This document shows, piece after piece, positions 22,741 through 35,690 of a stretch of 64,000 bases of DNA. The notes below the pieces were generated by a model. That model did no database searches, was not told where the DNA came from, and saw nothing but the letters and a program-made list of their open reading frames with translations. The translations under genes and the position numbers were made by a program. The DNA is from Octopus vulgaris (taxonomy: Eukaryota), in contig OX597816.1 in NCBI GenBank assembly GCA_951406725.2, forward strand, positions 159,650,001 through 159,714,000, written 5' to 3'. The first letter of the stretch is position 1, and every line of letters begins with the position of its first letter.

Positions 22741-24712
22741 CTTGTGAAAACAAATACATTACTAAGTTTAGAGAAGTATCTTTCATTGTTGTCTGTGTAA
22801 AGTAAATGCACAATCCAGACATTATTGTTAATACAGACATTTCTTTTATGACATATAGACTTTCAGAGTCTATAACTATTGTGAATATTGTGCAAATATT
22901 TCAGCATAACTAATCGTGTTGTCAACCCAGTGAATGTGTAATTAATATACTTGTTACTCTAGACTACCATTGGCAATTCCTCTCTGTAGATATATAGTTT
23001 ATTAGCATTGACAAAGCAAGGTACAAGGACTTTATAGCTTTCATTGACTCCGTTTTGTTGGACAAGATAGATTTTAAAATATCAATTATATCAATCTTTC
23101 TATTGTTCAATTATAGGATATCTATACTTGACCCAGAAATGATAGTAGTGTGATAGAAATGTCATACATTGTACAGAATTGGTCTGGACATTATATTTAG
23201 TATGGGACCTTGTGTTTCTAACATAAAATCATACTTGTTTCAGCTTAAAGGCTGTGAAGATGGTGCCTATGGTAAGATACATAACTACTGTATTTCAGTA
23301 TCCACAGTTTGATCATTTACTCTTCTGAGTTCAAGTTACATGCAGGTTAGCTTCATTTATTTTCCTGCATTTCATAAAACACATACCATGAAGAATATGT
23401 ATGTATGAACACAGCTATGGTTGTATGGTTAAGAAGTTTGCTTTACAATTGTGATGTCCAATGTTCAACCCCTCTGCATGGCATCTTTGCTGGGGTCTTT
23501 TGTCATAGCCTCAAGTCAGCCCAATACCTGTGAGTAAAAATAGTTAGACAAAACCTCTCTGGAAACCTCTCAGATTGTATCTGTAAATCAAGGGCCTAAG
23601 CTGGTCAAACTGTCAAACCCATGATAATGATAGGTAGTTCAATTGATTAAACAACTGGATGATCATCAGCAAAACTTACAGAAGACCCAGTGTGTGTCTG
23701 TGTGTGTGTGCCTGCCTGCATGTGCGTATTGTAGTGCAGTGAGTTGACTTCATTGGGTTACTTTACATAATTGTCTTGTGTCAAGTTAAAATATCTTCAC
23801 CATCACCACCTCCCTATAATTATTTGAAGACTTTATTTGTGTGAGTTAAACAATTGTTCTTCTGTGAGAAGCAGTTTTATTTTATTCATGGTTGTTGTAA
23901 AATAGCAGTTTGGGGGAAAGAGAAAAAAAAATAAAAACCCAAGAAAACCACAGTGATGATTTTAAATGGTTGCGTGACTTAACAACCATCAATTTGAAAG
24001 CGCTTAGTGTGTGAGGAAGATAGAAACAGGCTTTGCTTAGTGATTGCAACATTAAGGCAACAATGCTAAGTAATAATTAAAGCAATTAAATTCATTCTTC
24101 AAAGAGAGTAATTAATGACAAGGAAAGAAGTGGAACATTAAAACTCACACTCACAATACAAGAAATGGAAGTAAAAAGACTCTTATTGAAGAAATGATCA
24201 TGTTCTTCACAGTTGATTTTTTTTCTTTTTCGTGGTAAAGCTCATTTACTTCATTAAGGGTTTAGAGTGGTATAGAAAAATTTCCCTAGAGAAGTAATCA
24301 TAAACCTAAATATTTCAATGGCTTCGTTATTAAGAAATTTGCTTCCCAACCACTTGGTTTTGGGTTCAGTCCCACTACATGGTGTCTTGGGGAAGTGTCT
24401 TCTACTGTAACCCCAAGATGATCACAGCAACCAAAGCCTTGTGAGTGGTAGACAAAAACTGAAATTCATGTGTATGTGTGTGTATATGAATATGTACATT
24501 TATGTATGTATATGTGTGTGTGTGTATATGTGTATGTATATATGTGTGCATGCATATATATTTATATGCATATGTATATATATATATATCTGGATATCCT
24601 TGTTGCTTATTTTAATTTTAATCACCTTATTTTAAATTGTATGGATAATACCATACTAAAATCTGGTGCCTCAACTTAAGTACCATATTCATCTGAATCT
24701 ATATATATATAT

Positions 24713-25012
24713 AATCAGTGGGTGAAGGGAATGGAGTTGGTGATTATGTACTACATATGTCTAAAGGAGTCACAAACTGGAATTTATGCAACTTTAAGTT
24801 CAGTGTCCCTTCTCCTTGGGTACTTTTTCTATTTCTAATTTACAAGTTTATTTTCAGCAATGAACTTGTAAACAACAGGTAGAAAAATATCCGAAAACAA
24901 AGAACATTCAACATCGACGTATTACCATAAAGTTGCATAACTTCTGTTTGGTGTTTCCTTTGAATCATATGTAGTTCATAATTACCTACTCCGTTCTCTT
25001 CACCCACTGATT
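24713..25012. mobile_element. ~300-bp fold-back element
   Basis: aatcagtgggtgaagggaatggag pairs with ctccgttctcttcacccactgatt; centre tttacaagtttatt..aatgaacttgtaaa; (TA)n on the left. Confidence 0.75.
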
Positions 25013-25249
25013 TATAATCACATAATTAGCAACATTGTTGTTACATGCTGAGTTGTATAGTGGTGGTCATCTTATCAGAATTTCTTATGTAATTTGATGC
25101 GAGTGAAAGTGTATTGCACATGTTGGTTAATAAACTTTATTGATCAAATATCATCTACTTTGTGTTATTTATGTGAGTTGTGTCTATGCTTGAGGCTAGC
25201 CAACTGTCTGTGCTACAATTATTTTGGATGTCACTGCTTTATTATTATA

Positions 25250-25745
25250 TGTATATGTGTGTTTGCGTGTTCTTGTCTTGATAACACACAATAGTTGTAA
25301 ATGAGTGTCACTGTCATACAAGCAGTGTCATTCATTTCTGATATTTTGGTCATAGGGAAATGTTGTCTTGCTTGGAAACCGGTGAGGGTTGGTGACAGGA
25401 AGGGTATCCAGCCATAGAAAATCTGCCTTAATAAATAAAGTGGATTTGATAAATGGAAACTGAAAGAAGCCCATCGTATATATATATATATAGGTATATA
25501 TATAGGTATATATAGGTATATATATATATATAGGTATGTATATCGATGTATCTGTATATGTTTGTGTATCTGTGTTTGTCCCCACAACATCACTTGACAA
25601 CCAATGTTGGTGTGTTTATATCCCCGATACAATAAGTACTAGGCTTACAAAGAATAAGTTCTGGGATCAGTTTGCTCGACTAAGGGTGGTACTCCAGCAT
25701 GGCCGCAGTCCAATGACTAAAACAAGTGAAAGAATAAAAGAATAC
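25250..25745 (+). mobile_element. Composite SINE: B2 body followed by B1 body and tail
   Basis: B2 body (gtcactgtcatacaagc...gggttggtgacaggaaggg), then gtggatttgat..ggaaactgaaagaagccc and the B1 tail. Confidence 0.65.
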
Positions 25746-25778
25746 ACACACACATATATGTATATATATATATATGTG

Positions 25779-25811
<33 letters not shown>

Positions 25812-25920
25812 ATGTATACACACACATATGTATATATATGTATGTATGTATGTATATGTATACACACACACATATGTATATATATATATGTATGTATGTA
25901 TATGTATACACACACACAAA
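25745..25920. repeat. (TA)/(TATG)/(CA) higher-order microsatellite
   Basis: Seen directly. Confidence 0.9.
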
Positions 25921-26234
25921 CCATATTTATCGTCTAGATTGAAATCGGGTTATAATTTGCATCCCAGTTTTTCCTATTAAAATCAAGTTTAAAATAACGC
26001 AATACAAGTAAATACAGTGTGTGTCTGTGTCTTTCTATCTGTGTTTGTCTCCCACCACCACTTGACAACAGGTGGTAGTGTGTTCACATCCCCGTTACAT
26101 AGCGGTTTGCTAAAAAGAGACTGATAGAATAAGTACTGGGGTTCATTTGTTTGATCAAAAAGTTCTTCAAGATGATACCCCAATATGGCCGCAGTCAAAT
26201 GATTGAGACAAGTAAAAGGTAATATATATGTGTG

Positions 26235-26269
<35 letters not shown>

Positions 26270-26286
26270 ATATATATATATATATA

Positions 26287-26433
26287 TTTCTTTACTACTC
26301 ACAAGGGGCTAAACATAGAGGGACAAACAAGGACATACAAAGGGATTAAGTTAATTACATTGACCCCAGTGCGAAACTGGTACTTTATTTATCGACCCTG
26401 AAAGGATGAAAGGCAAAGTCGACCTCGGTGGAA
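26287..26433 (-). mobile_element. SINE family C, 3' part, embedded in (TA)n
   Basis: Reverse complement of 58555-58699. Confidence 0.8.
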
Positions 26434-27497
26434 TTATATATATATAAACATGTGTGTGATTGTGTATATATTTATACATACACACAGTGCACACACACAC
26501 ACGCAGAGGGAGAGAGATATGTATATAAATATGCAATATTCATATATATACAAATAGAAAATTGTAATAAGTATAATCAGAAATGGAATACAATTTGGAT
26601 GGTTTTCATTTTCTTTTTTTTCTTCCATGAAACAATCATTTCTCTTTAATTAGATCATTAGATCATTGAATCTTTGTAATTTTCCAAAAGAATTTTAAAT
26701 GACTGGATTTTTTTTTCTTTCTGACATGTGAGGGAAAATTTTCCATTCCAAAATAGATTTCGTTGTCATTTGTCATTTGATTCAGAAATAATGTTGTAAT
26801 TTTTTTTTGTTTGAAAAAAACAAATATTGCAAAACTTGAGCATGGAATAAATAACCTACAAGAGAAATTGATGTAATCTATTATATTTAAAACGAGTCAC
26901 TGCTATGTGTGTATCTTATGGGGTATTTTAAGCTGTTTCTTCTTTTAGTTGTTTGGCAGGAAGTTGCAAAATGTATAAAAGTAGTAGCACTGCTTGATAA
27001 GAGAGATAAGAAAAGTAGAGACAAATACTAAGAAGAGGTAACTGCTGTACATGAATTCAGGGAGGTAATACAGTTTAGAATTAAGCATGTATCATCATTG
27101 AAGTCCCCACTGCTATATGCGCCTAAGAAGTCACATTGATTTTCATGTGATTTCAAGTACTTTTAGAACTAGGTCCTTCGATTGGTACTTACTCTTCCTT
27201 ACTCACACACACACACACACACGCATCATCTCTATCTCATTCTTTTTCTTTCTTCCTCTCTCGTGTACCCTACTTCTCTCTGTTTGTCTTCCTGTCTCCC
27301 TATCTATCTCTCCCTTATTGAGATAATCATTTTGGTTCCTTATCTTACTGCTACTACTTCCGCATTCTCTTTATCTCTGTCTCTCGGTCTGTCTGTATGT
27401 CTATCTATCTGTATATCTCTCTGTCTGTCTCCATATACATACATACATACTACATATATATATATATATACACATACATACATACATACATAGATAC

Positions 27498-27600
<103 letters not shown>

Positions 27601-27819
27601 TGCATATGCACACACACACAGTGACAGATACACACATGCCAACACATCCCTCTCTGTCTATCTCTCTACAGGTCTTCCTCACTATCTACTCTACCTGTCT
27701 CTATCTATCTATCTCTCTCTCTCTCTCTCCTTCTCTTCTTCCCAATGGACCTCACAAATTGGTCATAATTGACAAATGTGTTGTATGAAGTGATTGCAAT
27801 TTAGTGACTAACACACTAA

Positions 27820-28410
27820 TGCCATCACCACCACTATACCTCTACTACTACTACTACTGAGGGTGCTGCTGCAACTACTTGTTTTACTGATACCGTCACA
27901 AATGCTACTATTACCACCACCACCACTACTATTAGTACTACAACTACTACTAACCATTGCTACTACTCAACATACAACTACTTCTACCAGAACTACTATC
28001 ACTACTTAAAGTACACCCATTATCATTACTAGTACTATTGCTGCTGCTGCTGCTACTACTACTACTACTACTAAGATGACTATCACCAGAATCACCACCC
28101 CTACCACAAATATATTACCACCAAAATCACTGCTACTACTGCCACCACCATCACCACTGTTACCAAAATCACCACCAGCACCATCACAAATACACTACCA
28201 CCAAAATCACCGCTACTGCCGCTGCCACCACCAGCACCACCACTACCACTACCATAATCACCACCACTCTGTTACCAAAATCACCGCAAATATACTACCA
28301 CCAAAACCACCACTACTGCCGCCGCCGCCACCACCACAAATATACTACCACCAAAACCACCACCGCTGCCACGACGACTATCACCAAAATCACTACTATC
28401 AATACTAGCG
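27820..28410. repeat. (ACT)/(ACC) low-complexity tract with recurrent caaatatactaccaccaaaa unit
   Basis: Seen directly. Confidence 0.85.
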
Positions 28411-28529
28411 ATATTCACACTTGCTAATATTGTCTCTTACTGCTTGGTACTGTTTGTTCCTTCCGATGCCAAGACTGCACGACTGTTTGACTGCACATGT
28501 GATTTCTTACTGCAGCTGCTGTCACTCAC

Positions 28530-28547
28530 CACAGTTCTGAATACCAA
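28530..28547 (-). other. Candidate 18-nt microexon
   Basis: Minus strand: ctcaataaaccttcccttttcctgctgcttcAG|TTGGTATTCAGAACTGTG|GTGAGT; no stop codon in any frame; non-repetitive flanks. Confidence 0.45.
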
Positions 28548-28882
28548 CTGAAGCAGCAGGAAAAGGGAAGGTTTATTGAGAAATTTGTAAATTTCTGATA
28601 CCATAGAAGTTCCAATAAATGTTACACAGTTGAAGATGCCAATACACGTAGTAATGATGATGATGATGTTGATGATGATGACGTAAATAGACATCATACA
28701 CGCACATGCACAATCACACACGTATGCATGTGTGTGCATGCATAAATTTACATCTGCATCTCTTTCTCCCTATATATATCATCATCATCATTTAACGTCC
28801 GTTTTCCATGCTAGCATGGGTTGGACGGTTCGACAGGAGTCTGGGAAGCCAGGAGTCTGGGAGGCCAGGAGGCTGCACCAGG

Positions 28883-28921
<39 letters not shown>

Positions 28922-28966
28922 ACATATATATATATGCATGCATATATATTGCATACACACACAGAG

Positions 28967-28997
<31 letters not shown>

Positions 28998-29060
28998 TAA
29001 TGTTATATTTATATATATCTTGTAGCGTTTATCTGTATGTGTGTGTGTATATATATATAT

Positions 29061-29340
29061 CGTTTTGGGATTTGGTTTGCAAGATTCTTTATATGAGTTC
29101 GTGTGTTGAAGCATATTCTGTTGTGTCTGGGGAGAGTCATTCTCTTTTAGTGCCTTATTATTTAACACACTGACCGGTAAAATTTCCACTTCTTTCTTAT
29201 TTTTTATTTTCTATTGAAAAGGTTGTAAGACTCAACGAAAACTTTAGAAAATAAAAAATAAGAAATAAGTGGAAATTTTACCAGTGAGTGTGTTAAATAA
29301 TAAGGCACTAAAAGAGAATGACTCTCCTCAAACACAACAG
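29061..29340. mobile_element. Fold-back element in (TA)n
   Basis: Inverted arms 29118-29340 (gagagtcattctcttttagtgccttattatttaacacac / gtgtgttaaataataaggcactaaaagagaatgactctc); ~57-bp left extension. Confidence 0.8.
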
Positions 29341-30159
29341 TATATATATATATATTTGTAGTGGTGAGAGACAACAATAGTTGCAGGGAAGATAGTAGAA
29401 TTAGGGGCATGGTGATGATGATGATTATGATGATAACAATGCTAAGGAAGAAGAGAAAGATGCACAAACATGTGCGTATGCACACACACATACACACATG
29501 CACACACACACATGCATGCATGCATGTCACAAGATGGCTACATTAATATCATTTGAGTGAAGAATCTCAATGCAGCAGTATCATTATTAGTTCTGTGGCT
29601 GACCCCATGACCTACTTCAAATATAAAAATCTGACACCTTCAGACCAGTTCATCATTAAACATTTCACTTGCTTGTGATGGCATTTTCATTGGGGTTATG
29701 GTTGTTGGCGGGGAGTGGGGTGGGGGGGACAAAAACACAACAAAAAACCTGAAAACAATCCACCATTTCCCCTTTATATGGTGACAGCTATTACTATACT
29801 TTGTTAATCAGATGTTTTATTCTGCCTTTCCTGTTTCACAGAATGCCATACAGTCACTGACATGGTGACAGAATGTGTTTCATGATGGGCCTTTCAGTTG
29901 CATCATTGGTATCACTAACTCACTGTTGTATTGTTTCCACTCTTTGTTTACTCCCCTACTACTACTACAACAGCCCCAACTTTTTTAAACTAGCTAGCTG
30001 TGTACCATCTGCACCTTCACCATTCATCTCCCCAAGACCCATTATCATTTCTCCCACTGTCTCCTCTTCCAAACATTACATTAAAACTAATGGGTCTGAA
30101 ATTAACCAATACCAGCACCTCACCCACAAAACTATTTGGGAACAACAGCACCAGCTCCT

Positions 30160-30432
30160 CTTCATCAGCATCATTATTTAATGTCCACTTTCCATGCTGG
30201 CATGGGTTGGACGGTTTGACTGAACCAGGCTCCAATCAGATCTGGCAGAGTTTCTACAGCTGGATGCCCTTCTTAACACCAACCACTCTGAGAGTGTAGT
30301 GGGTGCTTTTACGTGACACTGCCATTCGGACCAGTCAGGTGGTACTGGCAACGGCCATGCTCAAATGGTGTATTTTACATGCCACCTACACAGGAGCCAG
30401 CCCAGCGGTACTGGCAACGACCTCGCTCGGCA
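30160..30432 (-). mobile_element. RTE 3'-UTR short copy
   Basis: Homologous to 9485-9800. Confidence 0.75.
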
Positions 30433-31073
30433 CAATGTGAAGACAAAATAGAGTTAGCATCCATGAAATTCTTCTTTCTTTGCCATGGTGTTGGATAATT
30501 TATAAAAGTTTAAAATTATCTCAACCCATATACGCACATAAAAAAATGAAGGTCTTAAAATTTCACTGTATTTAGTTTAAACATTATGGTAAGCCTTCAT
30601 ATCTGGAGGTCATCAACTTAACACATTTTATGCATTCAACACTGGCCAATCAGATTTTACTGTTGATTCCAGTCCTTGACAAGTTTAACATCTTCCCTAA
30701 ATATAGTGTTGCAAATGGCTAAATGCATAATTTTCAACAAAGATTTAAATCTAAACACTACATCCTTCAAAATTTCTATGGCTTCTTGAAATTCACCAAC
30801 ATTACTCCTGACATGTCTATGCACTTTTCCTTTTAATGGCTCTTTTATGGTTCTCACTATTCTATCTTGTCCAGCTTATTAGGAATGTACTTTTTGGCTT
30901 TCTTTGTTGTCTTTCTTTACTTGACTTATTGTTTGCTTTTTGTCCTCTCTTTCACTCCTTTCCAGTGGGTTGTAGTGTACCTGGCCACTATGCAATACAC
31001 TTATCATTATTTTTATTGCCTTTGCACAGCTTCTAATGCTGGAGATAATACACTTATCATTATTATTATTATT

Positions 31074-33432
31074 GCCTTTGCACAGCTTCTAACACTGGAA
31101 ATGTATTACAGTGTCAGCTGTTCACTACCAGTGAACTAAGGTAACACCTCTTATTTTTCAAGCACCTTCCGAAGTATTTGATCAGTTTCAAGTAGTGCTG
31201 TTTTCTGTAAGTGCTCCACCCTTATTGCAGCCCCTGTTTGTTCCATGTACTTCTCGAGATTTTTGCTCACTGTTCCCAGGGCTCCGACAATTATTGGTAC
31301 AACTGCTACCTTTTTCATCGTCCAGAACTGCTTAACTTCCCAAGCTAACCTGTCATATCTCTCGACTTCTCTTTCTTCCTTATCGCATACTTTGTTGTCA
31401 GCTGGGCATGCTATATCTATGATCCAGCATAGTCCTGCTTCCTATTCTCTATCTCATGGGTGCACTGAATCATAAAATCCCATAGGATCTTTGTATTTCC
31501 ATTTTCAACGATGCCTTCAGGTTTGTGGTCGTACCAATTTTTTGCTCTGTCAAGTCCATACGTGTTGCAGAGTGTCCAATGGACAAGCCTGGCTGTATTG
31601 TCATGGCATCTGTTATATTCCTTCTGGGTTAGTGGTATACATTGGCTGGTAATATGCCATATGGTTTCACTGTTTTGTCCACAGATTCTGCACGCATCAC
31701 TTTCTGCTGTGTTGTCTATTCTGTATTTTATGTAGTTTGTTCTTAGTGCTTGCTCTTGGACAGCACAGATTAGAATCTCTGTTTCTGGTTTTAAATCACT
31801 TTTAGTCATCCACAGCCATCTTTTTTCTCTGTCTGTCTTATCTTCAACATCCCTATGAAATTGACCATGCATTCTTTTCTTAACCCACCTATTTTCAGCT
31901 TCATTTGTTTTCAATTTTTTGTATAGTGCTTTATCTTTGCAATCTTTCATCCTACACAAGCCTGACCTTCCTACTTCTTATAATAGCAGTTCTGTGGCAT
32001 TTTTTTTTACATTCCATGCTATGTTGTTTTCTTCTGCTCTAATGCTGTGTTCGCATCCAGTAAGTCCTCTTCCCCCTCTTTTTCTTGGTACATACAGTCT
32101 GTCTGTGTCATTTTTTTGGATGGAGTGACCCATATCTAGTTAGCAACTTCCTTGTCTTTCTGTCTAAGCTGTTTAGTTCATGTACTGTCCATGCGATTAC
32201 CCCTGCTCCACCACTGAAGGTATACACCGTATCAACAAGGGAACTGACTTGGGCTTCATCTTTACCATAAAGTTTGAGGTCTCCATGAATAACAGATACT
32301 TGACTTTTTTCTAGCAGCTTTTGAATACATACCCAGCTTTTGCTTTCCTCAGAATCAGTGTTAGTGGTATCAAGCACAGTACAAAGATCAGTCGGGTCAG
32401 GCAGTCTCCTTGGAAGATGCCCCTCCTAATTTCTACTGTTCCTAAACTTCTTTCATGTGCTGTTAGGAGCGTCCTCCAATTTGCCATACTTTTTCCAAGC
32501 AATCGCTCAACATTCTATGCAATACCAAATAGGTTCATACACTTCATAATCCAAGAATGTGGGATCATATTGTACACCTTACGATAGTCGATCCATGACA
32601 TGGCTAAGTTACTTTTCCTCCTCTTGCAGTCTCTAAGTACAGTTTTGTCTATCAGGAGTTGATCCTTGGTACCTCTGCACTTACGCTTGCAACCCATCTG
32701 CTCATGTGGCAGGACTCCATTTTTTACCAGATGTTCGTACATTGACTTAGCAAGTATTCCAGTCAGTAACTTCCACATAGGTGGCAAACAGGATATTGGT
32801 CTGCAATTGTCTACCGTATTGCCTTTTTCGATGTTTTTCAGGTACAGCACTGTCCTACCCAGTGTCAACCACTCTGGTGTTCCTTGGTTGGCATTTAACA
32901 AGATGTTGAGTTGTACAGCTATTTGTGCATGACATTCACCAAATCTTTTGAAACAGTAGCCTTGAACTCCATCTGGTCCTGGGGCCTTCCAGTTACTCAT
33001 TTTTTTTGCTGATTTCCTTCACTTCCCTAACTGAAATGACTAGTTCTGCCTGTTTTGGACAGACTACTATTTGTTTCATTTCTTGCAACCATTCAGCATC
33101 CTTCTTGTGATCCTTGTCTTTGCTCCAGATGTCACTCCAAAACCTTTGACTTTCAATGTTATCTGGTATCAACTTTTCATCTGTATACTCTCCATTTATT
33201 TCTTTATATAATCTCTTCTGATCTACTCTGAATAACCTATTCTGGTGGTAACCCTTCATTCTTTGGTCGTATCTTACCATCTTTGCCTTCTTTGCAACGA
33301 GGTGCTGTTTCAGTTCCTCTACTATTACTTTCAGACCCTTTCCTTCAATATTATACTTCCTTTTCAACACCCTGTATTTTTGTTCGCTTTTAAGCTCCCC
33401 TTTCTCTTTTTGATCTAACACAGAGATTTCCC
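31074..33432 (-). mobile_element. Dong/R4-clade RLE non-LTR retrotransposon, 5'-truncated and inactive
   Basis: RT motifs [38 protein letters not shown] and RGIFQGD; CCHC knuckle CRICGQNSETIWHITSQC; RLE region ILWDF...IIDIACPAD...VVPIIVGALG; both ends abut (TAA)n. Confidence 0.93.
31151..33421 (-). pseudogene. Disrupted RT-RLE ORF of the Dong/R4 element
   Basis: Split across ORF-track pieces 32993-33421, 32515-33000, 32311-32502, 32108-32377 and 31417-31959, plus a final frame ending ...ILRKVLEK* (TAA at 31151-31153). The FMDD motif is broken by a 1-bp deletion near 32282. Confidence 0.9.
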
Positions 33433-34244
33433 ATTATTATTATTATTATTATAAATTCTGGACTATTCAAAATTCATAAGTTGTAAAAAGATTGTAATAT
33501 GTTGCTTTCATACCAAACCAAACCCAACCCATAAAATTGGTAATGGTTAGCATCTGTTGTCAAAGGATCCCTACCCCCTTCCTTCATCCAGAAATAGTAC
33601 CTAGGTACCTAGATACCTCCTTGCAGTTCACAACTGGATAAAAGCCCTACTGCTAAGAGTGAGATATGTTGTTTAGGAAACATAGATTCACCAGATATAT
33701 GTTGCGTACAAACGTACACACATACATATATATTGCTCCACACACACACATACATACATATTGCCTACATGAAGGTTGCCTACAAACATATATATATATA
33801 TATATATATTGCCTATATACTTAACAATCAAAAGCACTCTGAACATGATCAAACAATGAACTGATTCAGTTTACCAGATGGAAGATGTTGATGGGGAGCA
33901 TAGACCATATGGAAGTCTGCGACCAGCTATACCGTAGGAATAGGGTCAGTGAGTTAAAGATGATGTAAAAAGGATTCTGTATAACTTTTAGATAAATGTT
34001 TTAGAGATAACTTACTAAAAGCATTGATTTAAGAATATATTAGATGAGAGGCTATATGTTATTTTAGCTGTTTTGTTATCAAATAAAGCGAGGAACAAAA
34101 TAAGTTTGATATGATACACCTGATAATAATGCTGTTTTTTTTTTAATATTTTAATATCATATTACTCATGTTTATGAAAAATGTCAAAATATTTAGGAAA
34201 GGTTTGCTTTATTGATGCATGCATGCATACCTGTGCATACACAC

Positions 34245-34287
<43 letters not shown>

Positions 34288-34659
34288 TGTGTGTGTGTGT
34301 GTAAATAAAAGGATATTTTTTGTTTTCTTTTGGATCTTATTCTCAAGAAGTTTAATATAATTCTGGGTAAAATGTTATATATTACTTTTAAATGAAATAT
34401 TGCAAATATATAAAAACAAAATATAAGATCAATATTTATCTCATCCACATGTTTGACAAACAGTTAAATATTTGCCCATTCAAAATCAAGCATTATTGAC
34501 TTAAAAAGAAAGGAGACCTAAGGCTGTGATGTGACTCATTTCCTGAAGTACATTAATGACGTAAGTAAAACTGCTACAACTGGGAATCAGACCTAGTTGG
34601 CAGAGTCTGTTTACTTCAAGATAACTGCCAATTCTACTACACTCACCTCAGTTTGACTG

Positions 34660-35045
34660 CATCGTCATCATCATCATCATCATCATTTAACATCCACTTT
34701 CCATGCTAGCATGGGTTGGATGGTTTGACTGAGGACTGGCAAGCTGGGCAGATACACCAGGTTCCAATCTGATCTGGCAAGGTTTCTACAGCTGGATGTC
34801 CTTCCTGACGCCAATCACTCTGAGAGTGTCATGGGTGCTTTTTATGTGCCACTGACATGGGAACCAGTCAGGCAGCACTGACCATGCTCAAATGGTGCTT
34901 TTTACTTGCCACTGACACAGGAGCCAGTCAGGTGGCACTGGCACCAACATGCTCGAATGGTGCTTTCTACATGCCACCAGCATGGGTGCCAGTCCAGTGA
35001 CACTGACACCAACCATGCTCGAATGGTGCCTGTTACATGCTACCA
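34660..35045 (-). mobile_element. RTE 3'-UTR copy with about 4 internal subrepeats
   Basis: (CAT)n tail; repeated atggtgcttttt.c.tgccac. Confidence 0.8.
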
Positions 35046-35339
35046 TTTCAGGAGCTTGTCAGGTGTTATATCTTTTTTCTTCTTCTTCGAGTGGCCACAA
35101 CTGAGAAGCATTTCACCAGTGCCACATCAGGAATCTCTATCCACTCGTACCTTTAGCAGATCTTCAGTTTCATAATGTGTGTCTGTAATATATAACATCT
35201 AATATGGTCTAATATTCAGTAGGATAATAGTGACCAGCAAAGCCTACCCTGTATTAAATAGCAGTAGTAGAGATGAATGCAATGTGTCCTGAAATCTTAT
35301 CTTTGGTCTTGTGCTCTCTAGATATTCACTTCATTTATC

Positions 35340-35690
35340 TTCATCTTCATTTAGCATCCACTTTTCCATGTTTGCATGGTTCAGACAGAATTTGTTGTGG
35401 CAGATTTTCTAATATTACCTGTCTCTAAGTAAGGTAATATTTCCCCATGTGTGAGATGGTAATGCTCATTTACAAACCATGAATCACATGATGCCAAGAC
35501 AAGGTTACACACACGCGCGCATGCATGATGAGCTTCTTTCAATTTCTGTCTAGTAAACCTACTCACAAGGCCTTGGTTGACCTGGAGCTATAGCAGAAAA
35601 CATTTGCTCAGTGTGCTATGCAGTGAGATGGAACTCAAGACCACATGGTTGGTAAGCAAGTTTCTTAACCACACAGCCATGCCTGTGCTT
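35340..35690 (-). mobile_element. SINE family B2
   Basis: Family B head (accacacagccatgcctg) with RTE-like tail (catccacttttccatgtttgcatgg). Confidence 0.7.

Noticed and set aside
28076-28408. Pro/His-rich ORF
   Set aside because: Low-complexity (ACC/ACT) repeat with no splice or domain support.
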